A DNA stretch of 64,000 nucleotides from Acidimicrobiaceae bacterium (GCA_036675575.1 JAKFET010000049.1:619-64618), one strand, 5' to 3'; positions 36,456 through 45,738 are shown, counted from the first letter of the stretch. Numbers and translations are program-made. Notes: generated from the sequence alone by a model not told the origin.

Positions 36456-37295
36456 ATGGCCCTGGCGCTCCCCAGCTCGCTGTCGCCGTCGCGGCTGTCG
36501 AGCTTCACGTCGTGCGGCCTCCAGTTCCGGTTCACCGCCATCGACCGCCTCCCCGAGCCCCCCACCGTGGCCGCCACCCGCGGCACGCTGGTGCACGCCG
36601 CCCTCGAGGAGCTGTTCACCCTGCCGGCCGAGCAGCGGGTCCCCGCCGCCGCCGAGGCCTGCCTCGACGCCGCGGTCGAGCGCATGCGCGGCGACCCCGA
36701 CTGGACGGGCCTCGGGCTCGACGGGACGGGCGAGGCGCGCATGCGGGCCGAGGCAGCCGAGCTCGTGGGCCGCTACTTCCGCCTCGAGGACCCCCGCACC
36801 GTCCACCCGGTCGGCCTGGAGCTCAAGCTCGAGGTCGACGTCGGCGGGGTGAAGCTGCGCGGCATCATCGACCGGCTCGACCTGGTCGACGGCGAGCTGG
36901 TCGTCACCGACTACAAGACGGGCCGGGCGCCCGGCGACGGCTACGCCAGGCAGCGCATGACGGGCGTCCACCTGTACTCGCTCATGTGCGAGCGGTGGTT
37001 CGGGCGACGGCCGGTGCGGGTCCAGCTGCTCCACCTCGCCGAACCCGTCAAGATCGTCGCCGAGCCGTCCGAGCAGTCCACCCAGGGCCTGTCACGCCGC
37101 CTCGACGCGGTGTGGCGGGCGGTCGAGACCGCCTGCGAGCGCGAGGACTTCCGCCCCCGGCCCTCCCCCCGCTGCGACTGGTGCGCGTTCCAGCGGTGGT
37201 GCCCCGCCTTCGGTGGCGACCCGACCCAGGCAGCGGTCGACCTCGAGCGCCAGGCCGTCGCTGCGTCCGGCCAGGGCACCCTGCTGGAGGTCTGA
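36456..37295 (+). CDS. PD-(D/E)XK RecB-family (Cas4-like) exonuclease
   Basis: 279-aa ORF with IIDRLDLVDGELVVTDYKTGR (D...D/ExK), an N-terminal Cys, and a C-terminal CDWCAFQRWC cluster. Confidence 0.75.
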   Translation: MALALPSSLSPSRLSSFTSCGLQFRFTAIDRLPEPPTVAATRGTLVHAALEELFTLPAEQRVPAAAEACLDAAVERMRGDPDWTGLGLDGTGEARMRAEAAELVGRYFRLEDPRTVHPVGLELKLEVDVGGVKLRGIIDRLDLVDGELVVTDYKTGRAPGDGYARQRMTGVHLYSLMCERWFGRRPVRVQLLHLAEPVKIVAEPSEQSTQGLSRRLDAVWRAVETACEREDFRPRPSPRCDWCAFQRWCPAFGGDPTQAAVDLERQAVAASGQGTLLEV

Positions 37296-37885
37296 TGGTG
37301 GAGCAGCACGAGGTCCCCACGCCGCGCCAGCTGTCGGCACCGGTCCGTCGGTTCGACACCACGATCGAGCGCGCCTTCGACTCGCTCCGGGGCAAGCCCA
37401 TCGTCGACCGTGCCTTCTACACCGTCTCCGAGCTCGGCGACTTCAGCCTGATCTGGCACCTGCTGGCCACCACGCAGGGCCTGCGCCGGGGCGGCGACCT
37501 GGCCGGCACGGTCCGCGTCGTCACCATCATGGGGGTCGAGTCCCTGCTCGTGAACGGGGTCGTCAAGTCCATGTTCCGGCGCCAGCGCCCGGTGCACGAC
37601 GGTCCCCGGCCGTTCAACCTGCGCCAGCCGCGCACCTCGTCGTTCCCCTCCGGGCACGCCTCGGCCGCGGCCGTGTTCGCCGTGGTGGCCAGCGAGGACG
37701 ACGCCCTGGCCCCGCTCTACGTCGCCCTCGCCGCCGCCGTCGGCGCCTCCCGCGTGCACGTGCGCATCCACCACCCCTCCGACGTGCTCGGCGGCGCCGT
37801 CCTCGGGGTCGCGCTCGGCGCGGCACTGCGCGTCTGGTGGCCGGCCGGCCGGCTCCTGCCCCGAGGGCTTTGGAACCTGCGCTGA
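37295..37885 (+). CDS. PAP2-family phosphatase
   Basis: 196 aa. The ATG overlaps the upstream TGA (TGATG). Has PAP2 motifs KSMFRRQRP, PSGH and SRVHVRIHHPSD. Confidence 0.85.
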   Translation: MVEQHEVPTPRQLSAPVRRFDTTIERAFDSLRGKPIVDRAFYTVSELGDFSLIWHLLATTQGLRRGGDLAGTVRVVTIMGVESLLVNGVVKSMFRRQRPVHDGPRPFNLRQPRTSSFPSGHASAAAVFAVVASEDDALAPLYVALAAAVGASRVHVRIHHPSDVLGGAVLGVALGAALRVWWPAGRLLPRGLWNLR

Positions 37886-37901
37886 TCCGTACCCTGGCCC
37901 G

Positions 37902-39305
37902 GTGGAGTACGAGATCGTCCGCCGCCTGGCGCGGGGAGGCATGGGGGTCGTCGACCTCGCCCGCCGCGACGACGGCACCCTCGTCGCCCTCAAGCGCGTG
38001 TCCGTGCACGGCACCCCGGCGGAGATGCGCCAGGCCCGCGTCCGCTTCGACCGCGAGCTGGAGGTCCTGGCCCGCCTCGACCACGACGCCGTCGTCCCCA
38101 TGCTCGACGTCGTCGAGGAGGCGGGCGACGTCATCCTCGTGATGCCCTACCTGTCGGGCGGCAACCTGGCTCAGCGGGTCGAGGCCGACGGCCCGCTCCC
38201 GCCCGAGCAGGTGCGGGCCCTCGCCGACCGGCTCCTCCCCGCCCTCGCCGCCGCCCACCGACTCGGCATCGTCCACCGGGACATCAAGCCGGCCAACGTG
38301 CTGTTCGACGGGGACGGCCGGCCGCACCTCGCCGACTTCGGCGTGGCCCGCACTCGCGAGATCACCGGCGGGCTCACCCGGCCCGGCGTCGTGCTCGGGA
38401 CCCCGGGGTACCTGTCACCCGAGCAGGCCAGGGGCGAGGACGTCGGGCCGCCCGGCGACGTGGCCAGCCTGGGTGCCACCCTGCACTTCGCGGCCACCGG
38501 TCGCAGCCCGTACGGGACCGGCGAGGACCACGCGGTGCTGCTGCGGACCGCACGCGCCCGACCGAAGGTGGACAAGGCGATCGAGCCGTCGCTGCGCCGG
38601 ATGATCGCCGCCATGCTGCGGCCCGACCCCGACGCACGGCCCACCGCCGCCTCGCTCGCCGGCGGGGCCGACGGCACCCGCGTGCTCCTGCTGCTGCCCC
38701 GTCGGCACCGCATCGCGGCCGTCCTCGGGGCCGGGGCGGCGATCGCGCTGGCCGCCACCGGCGCGACGTTGCTCCTGACGGGCGACGACGGCCCGGAGGC
38801 GTCGAGCCCGGCCACCACCGCGCCGCCGTGCCAGGCGCTCCCCTACCAGCCCTGCGGTGGGGCGCCCGCGCCCAACACCGACGGCGAGCGCTGCATCGAC
38901 GACCACGCCGACTACGACGCGATCGCCGGCAACGGGTGCGAGGCGGCGCCGGACGGCGGCGACGGCGACGTGCTGGTCGAGCGGGTGGCGGCGAACATCG
39001 TCCCCGAGGGCGACCTGGACCTCTACCCGCTCGACATCGACGACGCCGGCGACCTGGGCTGCAACAACACGTTCCGGCTGCGCATCGTCGCCCCGCCGGG
39101 CACGTCCCTGCGGGTGGCGCTCGCCGACGACGAGGGCACCTCGTTCGGCGACGCCACGTCGTCGGACGGGACCCCGGGCGAGCTGGCGGTAAAGGACCCC
39201 CGCTGCTTCCAGGACGACGGCGGGGCCTTCGTCGCCGAGGTCACGCCGATCGGCTCCGATCGCAGCGCCGAGTCCTACATCCTCACCCGCAGCGGCAGCT
39301 TCTGA
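37902..39305 (+). CDS. Ser/Thr protein kinase with one TM segment and a Cys-containing extracytoplasmic domain
   Basis: 467-aa ORF with kinase motifs GGMGVV...ALK, HRDIKPANVL, DFG and PGYLSPE. TM segment IAAVLGAGAAIALAATGATLLL. Confidence 0.9.
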   Translation: MEYEIVRRLARGGMGVVDLARRDDGTLVALKRVSVHGTPAEMRQARVRFDRELEVLARLDHDAVVPMLDVVEEAGDVILVMPYLSGGNLAQRVEADGPLPPEQVRALADRLLPALAAAHRLGIVHRDIKPANVLFDGDGRPHLADFGVARTREITGGLTRPGVVLGTPGYLSPEQARGEDVGPPGDVASLGATLHFAATGRSPYGTGEDHAVLLRTARARPKVDKAIEPSLRRMIAAMLRPDPDARPTAASLAGGADGTRVLLLLPRRHRIAAVLGAGAAIALAATGATLLLTGDDGPEASSPATTAPPCQALPYQPCGGAPAPNTDGERCIDDHADYDAIAGNGCEAAPDGGDGDVLVERVAANIVPEGDLDLYPLDIDDAGDLGCNNTFRLRIVAPPGTSLRVALADDEGTSFGDATSSDGTPGELAVKDPRCFQDDGGAFVAEVTPIGSDRSAESYILTRSGSF

Positions 39306-39314
39306 ACCGGCCGG

Positions 39315-39632
39315 TCAGCGCCCCATCGAGCGCCGGCGACCGGCGCCCGACGGCGCATCCTCGGGCTCGAGGTGCGGGGCGTGCTGGCGGATGGCGGCCA
39401 GCACCGCGTCGGCGCTGGGGTTCACCATCCGGGCCTCGCCGATGACCACGGTGGGCACCGTCTCGTTGCCGTTGGCGATGCTGCGGACCGTGGCCGCAGC
39501 GTCCGCGTCCTCCCAGATGTTGCGCTTGTCCAGCGCCACGCCGAGGTGGTCCAGCCGGCGCTCGAGGCCCATGCAGAACCCGCAGCCGGGACGCCAGTAG
39601 AAGGTGATCGCTTGGGGGGTCGCGTCGGTCAC
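39315..39632 (-). CDS. mycoredoxin / glutaredoxin-like protein
   Basis: 105 aa from GTG 39632: ITFYWRPGCGFCMGLERRL...NETVPTVVIG. Has a CxxC thioredoxin-fold pattern like mycoredoxin. Confidence 0.75.
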   Translation of the reverse strand: MTDATPQAITFYWRPGCGFCMGLERRLDHLGVALDKRNIWEDADAAATVRSIANGNETVPTVVIGEARMVNPSADAVLAAIRQHAPHLEPEDAPSGAGRRRSMGR

Positions 39633-39709
39633 AGGGCCTACAACCCTGGCGGCGAACGGTGCATTCCGCAACCCGTCCGGGCCGGGGTGCGCGGCTACGG
39701 TCCGCCGCC

Positions 39710-40717
39710 ATGACGAGCACGATCCAGCACGCCGGCTTCACCTTCGCCAGCATCATGGCCCTCGGCCCCCAGCTCGCCGTGGAGACGGCGAAGCAGGCCG
39801 AGGCGCTCGGCTACGAGTCGTTCTGGACGGCCGAGACCACCGGGCCCGAGGCGTTCACCACCCTCGCCGCCGCCGGGGCGGCCGCCCCCTCCCTCGGCCT
39901 CGGCACGGGGGTGATCCCCATCCAGCTCCGCACCCCGATGACCGTGGCCATGGCGGCAGCCACGTTGCAGGCCCTCAACCCGGATCGGGACGTGCTGGTC
40001 GGCATCGGCATCTCCTCGCCGGTGGTGACCGAGCGCTGGCACGGGGTCGACTACGGCGACCGTCCCGTCGCCCGCTGCCGCGAGTACATCACCCTGCTCA
40101 AGGAGATCTGGGCCGGCGATGCCGTGACCTTCCAGGGTGACTTCTGGTCGCTCTCGCGGAGCCGGCTCGGCGTCCGCCTCGGCGAGCGCAAGCCCAAGGT
40201 CGTGCTCGGTGCCCTCAACCCGAAGATGCTCGCCCTCGGTGGCGAGCTGGCCGACGGCGTGCTCCTGAACTACCTGCCGGCGTCCCACGTCCCGTGGTCG
40301 GTCGAGCGGATCCGGGAGGGCGAGGCCCTGCGCACCGACGGCGCGTCGGCCACGGTCTACGCCTACGTCCACGCCGGCGTCACCGAGCGCGAGCACGGCA
40401 TCGACAACGCCCGGCGGGACCTGTTCTCGTACGCCGTCGTCGACTCCTACGCCAAGAGCTTCGAGCGGGCCGGCTTCGGCGACGACGTGGCCGAGCTCCG
40501 GGAGCGCCACGCGGCCAAGGACCGCGACGGCGCCGTCGCCGCCGTCGGCGACGCGTTCGTCGACGCCATCGACTTCATGGGCACCGCCGACGAGGTGCGG
40601 GACTTCGCCCGGGGCTACGCCGAGGCCGGCGTGGACGTCCCGATCCTGATGCCCCTCCCCTGGGGGCCCGACCGCCGCCAGGTCATCGACGACACCATGG
40701 CCGCGTTCGTGGCATAG
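39710..40717 (+). CDS. LLM-class (F420-dependent type) flavin oxidoreductase
   Basis: 335 aa from ATG 39710 with a luciferase-like monooxygenase pattern (AEALGYESFWTAE..., GTGVIPIQLR, ...LGALNPKMLALGGELADG). Confidence 0.8.
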   Translation: MTSTIQHAGFTFASIMALGPQLAVETAKQAEALGYESFWTAETTGPEAFTTLAAAGAAAPSLGLGTGVIPIQLRTPMTVAMAAATLQALNPDRDVLVGIGISSPVVTERWHGVDYGDRPVARCREYITLLKEIWAGDAVTFQGDFWSLSRSRLGVRLGERKPKVVLGALNPKMLALGGELADGVLLNYLPASHVPWSVERIREGEALRTDGASATVYAYVHAGVTEREHGIDNARRDLFSYAVVDSYAKSFERAGFGDDVAELRERHAAKDRDGAVAAVGDAFVDAIDFMGTADEVRDFARGYAEAGVDVPILMPLPWGPDRRQVIDDTMAAFVA

Positions 40718-40727
40718 GTTCCGCGCC

Positions 40728-41525
40728 GTGGACCTGCAGGACAAGAACATCGTCGTCACGGGCGCCGGGGGCGGCATCGGCGCGGCACTCGTGCGCCGCT
40801 TCGCGCAGGACGGCCCCCGCACGGTCGTGCTCGCCGACGTCGACGGCAACGCCGCCCAGGCCGTGGTCGACGAGCTCGAGCCCGGCTTCGACACCGTCGT
40901 CGTCGAGGCCGACCTCGGCACCGAGGCCGGCAACGTCGAGGTGGTGCAGGCTGCGGAGGAGTACGGCCCGATCGACCTGCTGTGCCTCAACGCCGGCATC
41001 GCCGTCGGCGGCGGTGTCGAGGCGCCGGACGAGGACTGGTACCGCATCTTCGACGTGAACGTCATGGCCCACGTGTGGGCCGTGCGGGCCGCGCTGCCGG
41101 GCATGTTGGCCGAGGGCTCCGGCTACATCCTCACCACCGCGTCTGCCGCCGGGCTGCTGACCAACCTCGGTGCGGCCCCGTACGCCGTGACGAAGCACGC
41201 CGCCGTGGCGCTGGCCGAGTGGCTCGCCATCACCCACGGCGACCAGGGCATCAAGGTGTCGTGCCTGTGCCCCCAGGGCGTGCGCACCAAGATGCTGTTC
41301 CCCGACGACGAGGACGCCGCAAAGTCGACCGGCGCCGAGTCGGTGCGGATGCAGGGCGTGATCGAGCCCGACGAGCTGGCCGAGGTCGTGGCCCGGGGCC
41401 TGGCGGACGAGCGCTTCCTCATCCTCCCGCACCCCGAGGTCCTCGACTACTGGCGGCGCAAGACCGACGACTACGACCGCTGGATCGGCGGGATGCGCAA
41501 GCTGCAGGCCCGCACCCAGGGCTGA
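40728..41525 (+). CDS. SDR-family oxidoreductase
   Basis: 265-aa ORF with TGAGGGIG, NAG and YAVTKHA motifs. Confidence 0.85.
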   Translation: MDLQDKNIVVTGAGGGIGAALVRRFAQDGPRTVVLADVDGNAAQAVVDELEPGFDTVVVEADLGTEAGNVEVVQAAEEYGPIDLLCLNAGIAVGGGVEAPDEDWYRIFDVNVMAHVWAVRAALPGMLAEGSGYILTTASAAGLLTNLGAAPYAVTKHAAVALAEWLAITHGDQGIKVSCLCPQGVRTKMLFPDDEDAAKSTGAESVRMQGVIEPDELAEVVARGLADERFLILPHPEVLDYWRRKTDDYDRWIGGMRKLQARTQG

Positions 41526-41534
41526 CGCCCGACG

Positions 41535-41807
41535 GTGGCCGACACCTGGCTGCTGTCGCTCGGGCTGCGGCCCGGCGCCGAGATCCGCTTCCGCCGGGAG
41601 GCGGGCGAGCGCTGGCTGCCGGGGAAGGTGATGGGCCGCGAGGCCGACGGCTCGGTCGACCTGCGCGACGCGCGGGGACGGTCGCGTGCCATCCCGGTGG
41701 ACCAGATCGAGGTGGCCGAGCGCGGCCCCCGGGGCGGACGGGTCTGGACCCCGCTGCCCGACATCGTCGCCCGCACCGAGCAGCTGGACCTGTTCGGGGA
41801 CGCCTGA
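41535..41807 (+). CDS. small hypothetical protein (90 aa) ending in a beta-clamp-binding-type motif QLDLF
   Basis: GTG start 9 nt after the SDR stop, and the stop lies 2 nt before the next gene. High GC3. C-terminus ...ARTEQLDLFGDA. Confidence 0.6.
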   Translation: MADTWLLSLGLRPGAEIRFRREAGERWLPGKVMGREADGSVDLRDARGRSRAIPVDQIEVAERGPRGGRVWTPLPDIVARTEQLDLFGDA

Positions 41808-41809
41808 CC

Positions 41810-42853
41810 GTGCACCGGCGCACGATCGACGTCTACGACGCCCGGGCCGCGACCTACGAGGCGAACCGCCCACCCCGCTTCGCCGACCGGGCAGCTGCCC
41901 TCGCCGCCGGCACCAGCGGGCCGGTGCTCGACGCGGGGTGCGGGACGGGCGCCTACCTGCCGGCGCTCGGACCGGCCGCGCTGGGGCTCGACGGGTCGGG
42001 CGCCATGCTCGGGCTCGCCGCCGGGCGCGGGCGCCCGCTCGTCCGCGCCGACCTCGGTCGGCTCCCGTTCCGCCGGGGCCGCCTTGGCGCGGCGTGGGCG
42101 CGGAACTCCTACCTGCACGTCCCCCACGGCGAGCTGCCGCTGGCGCTCGCCGAGCTGCACCGTGCGCTGGAGGTCGGTGCGCCGGTTTCGGTGTCGGTGC
42201 TCTCCGGCCCGGACGACCACGTCGTGTCCGACGACGACCTCCCCGGCCGCAGCTTCTGGCGCTGGTCCGACGACTCGCTGGTCGACCTGTTGACCGGGGC
42301 CGGCTTCGACGACATCCGGCTCTCGGGCGAGCAACCCCGCTTCGTCGACGCCGTGCGGGCCCGCACGCTGCCCGACACCGTCGGCTCGGGCATGCGCCTC
42401 CTGGTCTGCGGCCTCAACCCGTCGCTGCACGCCGCCGACGCCGGCGTCGGGTTCGTGACGCCCTCGAACCGGTTCTGGCGGGCGGCGATCGAGGCCGGCG
42501 TCGTCACCCGTGCCCTCGACCCGTGGGACGCGCTCCGCTCGCACGGCGTGGGCATGACCGACCTGGCGAAGCGGGCCACCCGCCGCGCCGACGAGCTGTC
42601 CGTCGACGAGTACCGGTCCGGGCTCGCCCGGGTCGAGCGGCTCTGCGAGCGGCTGCAGCCGGGTGCGGTCGTCTCCGTGGGCCTCGCCGGCTGGCGCGCC
42701 GCCGTCGACCGCCGGGCCGTGGTCGGCGTGCAGGACCGCACCCTCGGCGGGCGGCCGGTCTACGTGATGCCGTCGACCTCCGGCCTCAACGCCCGGATCC
42801 CGATGGGCGACCTCGTCGCCCACCTGGCCGCAGCGCGCGCGCTGGCCGACTGA
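41810..42853 (+). CDS. fusion: class I SAM methyltransferase domain + G/U mismatch-specific (Mug/TDG, UDG family 2) DNA glycosylase domain
   Basis: 347 aa from GTG 41810. N-terminal part has VLDAGCGTG. C-terminal part has LLVCGLNPS...PSNRFW...GMTDL...PSTSGLN, which aligns with the Mug pattern GINPG...P.NRFW...G.T.L...PNPSGLS. Confidence 0.75.
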   Translation: MHRRTIDVYDARAATYEANRPPRFADRAAALAAGTSGPVLDAGCGTGAYLPALGPAALGLDGSGAMLGLAAGRGRPLVRADLGRLPFRRGRLGAAWARNSYLHVPHGELPLALAELHRALEVGAPVSVSVLSGPDDHVVSDDDLPGRSFWRWSDDSLVDLLTGAGFDDIRLSGEQPRFVDAVRARTLPDTVGSGMRLLVCGLNPSLHAADAGVGFVTPSNRFWRAAIEAGVVTRALDPWDALRSHGVGMTDLAKRATRRADELSVDEYRSGLARVERLCERLQPGAVVSVGLAGWRAAVDRRAVVGVQDRTLGGRPVYVMPSTSGLNARIPMGDLVAHLAAARALAD

Positions 42854-42867
42854 TCGCCTCGGGTGGG

Positions 42868-43830
42868 TCAGGCGGGGGCGAGGTCGCGGACGGCCTGGCG
42901 CATGTCGTAGCCGAAGGGCAGGGGGGCGAGGGCCGGGGTGGTGACGCCGTTGTCGATGTAGCGCTGGATGTGCTCGCGGCACTCCTCCGGCGGGCCGTGG
43001 ACGATGAGCTCGTCGACGACCGAGTTCGGGATGGCGTCGAGGGCGGCCTTGCGGTCGCCGGCGTCCCAGGCATCCCACATCGGCTGCAGCTGGTCGCGCC
43101 CGAGCCACTCGTGGAAGGCCCGGTACACGGGGACGTTCAGGTAGGCGGCGATGGCGAACTTGGCGGCGCCGTAGACGGTGTCGGGGTCGTCGATGGGGGC
43201 GCAGAAGATGCGGGCCACGACCTCCTTCGGCGAGCCGTCGGGGGATGCGCCCTGCACGACCGGGGCGACCGTCTTCACGTCCTCGGCCGAGAGCCAGTTG
43301 ATGATCGCGCCGTCGCCCTCGCGCCCCGCCAGCTGCAGCATCCCCGAGCGCAGGGCGGCGACCAGGATCGGCACCGGCTCCGGCGGCAGGGCCTTCAGCA
43401 GGAAGCCGTTGATGGAGAACGTGTCGAAGTCCTCCTTGATCTTCTCGCCCGCGAGCGCCTTGCGCAGGAACCGCACCATGTCCCGCACCTTCTTGTACGG
43501 CTCGTCGAAGGCGATGCCGTTCCAGCGCTCGACGATGACGTTGGACGACGACCCGATCCCGATGGCGAAGCGGCCCGGCGCGGCCTGCGCCAGGGACCCG
43601 ACCGACTGCGCGAAGCAGGCCGGCCCCCGTGTGTACGCCGGGATGATGGCGGTGCCGAGGCGGAGCGACGGGGTCCAGACGGAGGCCAGCGCCAGCGGCG
43701 TGAAGCCGTCGTGGCCGTCGGCCTCGGCGGACCAGACGTCGGTGTAGCCGAGGTCGACGAGCTCCTCGAACTGCTCCCGCTGGCTGTGGAGCGGGCCGCT
43801 GAGGGGGATGGTCATGCCGTAGCGCTGCAT
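42868..43830 (-). CDS. LLM-class (F420-dependent type) oxidoreductase
   Basis: ORF trimmed to ATG 43830 (MQRYGMTIPL...), with an alternative ATG at 43815. Luciferase-like pattern. Confidence 0.8.
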   Translation of the reverse strand: MQRYGMTIPLSGPLHSQREQFEELVDLGYTDVWSAEADGHDGFTPLALASVWTPSLRLGTAIIPAYTRGPACFAQSVGSLAQAAPGRFAIGIGSSSNVIVERWNGIAFDEPYKKVRDMVRFLRKALAGEKIKEDFDTFSINGFLLKALPPEPVPILVAALRSGMLQLAGREGDGAIINWLSAEDVKTVAPVVQGASPDGSPKEVVARIFCAPIDDPDTVYGAAKFAIAAYLNVPVYRAFHEWLGRDQLQPMWDAWDAGDRKAALDAIPNSVVDELIVHGPPEECREHIQRYIDNGVTTPALAPLPFGYDMRQAVRDLAPA

Positions 43831-43852
43831 GGGTCGCAGCCTGCCACGGCGC

Positions 43853-44701
43853 TCAGGAGCGCTGTTGCTGGCGCTTGCGCCGCTCCTCGAACTCCTCGTG
43901 GAAGCGCAGGATGGTCGACTGGCTGGCCGTGGCGAGCAGCGTGCCGTCCTCGGCCCAGAGGTGCACCAGGCCGTGGCCGAACCCGTTGGCCACCGCATGG
44001 ACCTGGATGTCCAGCAGCACCCAGTCCGTCTCCACGATGTCGACCGTGCGCAGCGTGTTGTCGAGGCTGTTGCCGCCGGCGTGGCGGCCGAGCGCCTGGC
44101 CGAGCCCCATCGGGACGTAGTCGCCGAGGATGGCCAGCGCCGCCCCGGACATCTCGAGGATGTCCGGCATCCGGGCCCACATCGAGCAGTTGCCGCCGGG
44201 CATCGGGTTGCCCTCGAGGTCGTCGAAGGTGCGGGCGGCGGCGAGGCGGAAGTCGAGGCGGGCCATCATCCCGTCGGTGATGCCCTCCTCGTCCGGCGTG
44301 ATCCCGAAGCGCACGGGGCACTCGTCCGGCGGGGGCACGTCGGGCATCTGCTCCCACATCCCCGACGCCGGCGTGTCCCGGTGGCCGAGGGCGGCGTTCA
44401 CGGTGAGGATCTCCCGGTCGCCCACGTGGCCCACGGCCCGGGCCTGGGTCACGGTCTTGCCCTCGTTGGCCACGATGACGTCGATGTCCATGATCGCCCC
44501 GGTCTGGGCGTAGGAGAGGTACTGGGCGGTGGCCCAGATGACGGGCCGACCCGTCGTGCGCTCCATGGCCTCGATGCCGGCGCCGAGGCCGCACCCGCCC
44601 CACAGGAAGTTGCCCCGGGTCGACACGCCCGGCGTCACCGGGATGTACCAGCGGTTCGGGTTGTGGGTCGGCTGCAGGCCGAGGAAGGTCTTGGCGTCCA
44701 C
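43853..44701 (-). CDS. acyl-CoA thioesterase II-like (double hot-dog)
   Basis: 282-aa ORF with GTG start. Pattern ...FLWGGCGLGAGIEAME...QYLSYAQ... and length fit the TesB family. Confidence 0.7.
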   Translation of the reverse strand: MDAKTFLGLQPTHNPNRWYIPVTPGVSTRGNFLWGGCGLGAGIEAMERTTGRPVIWATAQYLSYAQTGAIMDIDVIVANEGKTVTQARAVGHVGDREILTVNAALGHRDTPASGMWEQMPDVPPPDECPVRFGITPDEEGITDGMMARLDFRLAAARTFDDLEGNPMPGGNCSMWARMPDILEMSGAALAILGDYVPMGLGQALGRHAGGNSLDNTLRTVDIVETDWVLLDIQVHAVANGFGHGLVHLWAEDGTLLATASQSTILRFHEEFEERRKRQQQRS

Positions 44702-44736
44702 GGCCGGATCCTACGGAGTTGACGGGACGGCGGATT

Positions 44737-44756
44737 CATGTACCATCCGGTACATG
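44737..44756. promoter_or_regulatory. 20-bp palindrome CATGTACC-atcc-GGTACATG, putative operator of the adjacent TetR regulator
   Basis: Lies in the 52-bp divergent region between the thioesterase and SRPBCC-tetR genes. Overlaps the SRPBCC ATG (44754). Confidence 0.5.
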
Positions 44757-45197
44757 ATCACCGACGCCAGCATCGAGATCGACGCCCCTGCCGGCGTCGT
44801 GTGGACCGTGTTCGCCGACGTCGAGCGCTGGCCGGTCTGGACCGCCTCCGTCCAGCGGCTCGTCGCCCTCGACGGACCCGACCTGCGGGTCGGGGCCCGG
44901 TTCCGGATCAAGCAGCCCCGCATGCCCGACCTGGTCTGGGAGGTCATCGAGGTGGACCCCGGCGCGTCCTGGACCTGGGTCCAGCGCTCGCCGGGCGGCA
45001 CCACGGTCGCGTCCCACGAGGTGGTCGCCCTCTCGCCCGCCCGCACCCTCGTGCGCCAGCGCCTCGACCAGCGCGGTCCGGTCGGCGCCGCCGTCGGCCG
45101 CCTCACCCGGGGCATGACCCGCCGGTACCTCGATCTCGAGGCCGACGGCCTGAGGCGCACGAGCGAAGCGCGCCACCTCGGTGTCCCGGCCTCCTGA
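44754..45197 (+). CDS. SRPBCC-family (polyketide cyclase/dehydrase-like) protein
   Basis: 147 aa from ATG 44754: SIEIDAPAGVVWTVFADVERWPVWTASV is the typical SRPBCC N-terminus. Confidence 0.75.
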   Translation: MITDASIEIDAPAGVVWTVFADVERWPVWTASVQRLVALDGPDLRVGARFRIKQPRMPDLVWEVIEVDPGASWTWVQRSPGGTTVASHEVVALSPARTLVRQRLDQRGPVGAAVGRLTRGMTRRYLDLEADGLRRTSEARHLGVPAS

Positions 45198-45738
45198 CGA
45201 GGCACGGCGGCGCGAGCTCCTGGACGCACTCGTCGAGGCCTTCGCCGAGGGTGGCATCGGTGCCCGGTCGCTGCGTGAGGTGGCCGAGGCGGTGGGGACG
45301 AGCCACCGGATGCTGCTGCACCACTTCGGGTCGCGCGACGAGCTGCTGGTGGCCGTCGTCGAGGCGGTGGAGGCCCGCCAGGTCGCCACCCTCGAGGACC
45401 TGCCCGACGACCCTGCGGATGCCGTCGCCGCCATGTGGGCCGACCTGCGCCGACCCGAGCTGCGGCCCCTCGAGCGGCTCTTCTTCGAGTGCTACGCCCG
45501 CGGCGCGCAGGGCGAGGAGCCCTTCACCCGGCTGCTGCCGGCGGCCGTCGACGGCTGGCTCGCCGAGGTCGACCGTCGGCACGGCCCGCCGGTCGACCCG
45601 GCGATCGTGCGCCTCGGGCTGGCCGTGACCCGGGGACTGCTGCTCGACCTGGTCGCCACCGGCGACGACACCGGGGTGGACGACGCAGCCGCCGCGTTCG
45701 TGCGCCTCCTCCGGACGGCAGGCCCCCCGGCGCCCTGA
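45181..45738 (+). CDS. TetR-family transcriptional regulator
   Basis: 185-aa ORF with HTH SLREVAEAVGTSHRMLLHHFGSRDELL. Overlaps the upstream gene by 17 nt. Confidence 0.85.
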   Translation: MSRPPDEARRRELLDALVEAFAEGGIGARSLREVAEAVGTSHRMLLHHFGSRDELLVAVVEAVEARQVATLEDLPDDPADAVAAMWADLRRPELRPLERLFFECYARGAQGEEPFTRLLPAAVDGWLAEVDRRHGPPVDPAIVRLGLAVTRGLLLDLVATGDDTGVDDAAAAFVRLLRTAGPPAP

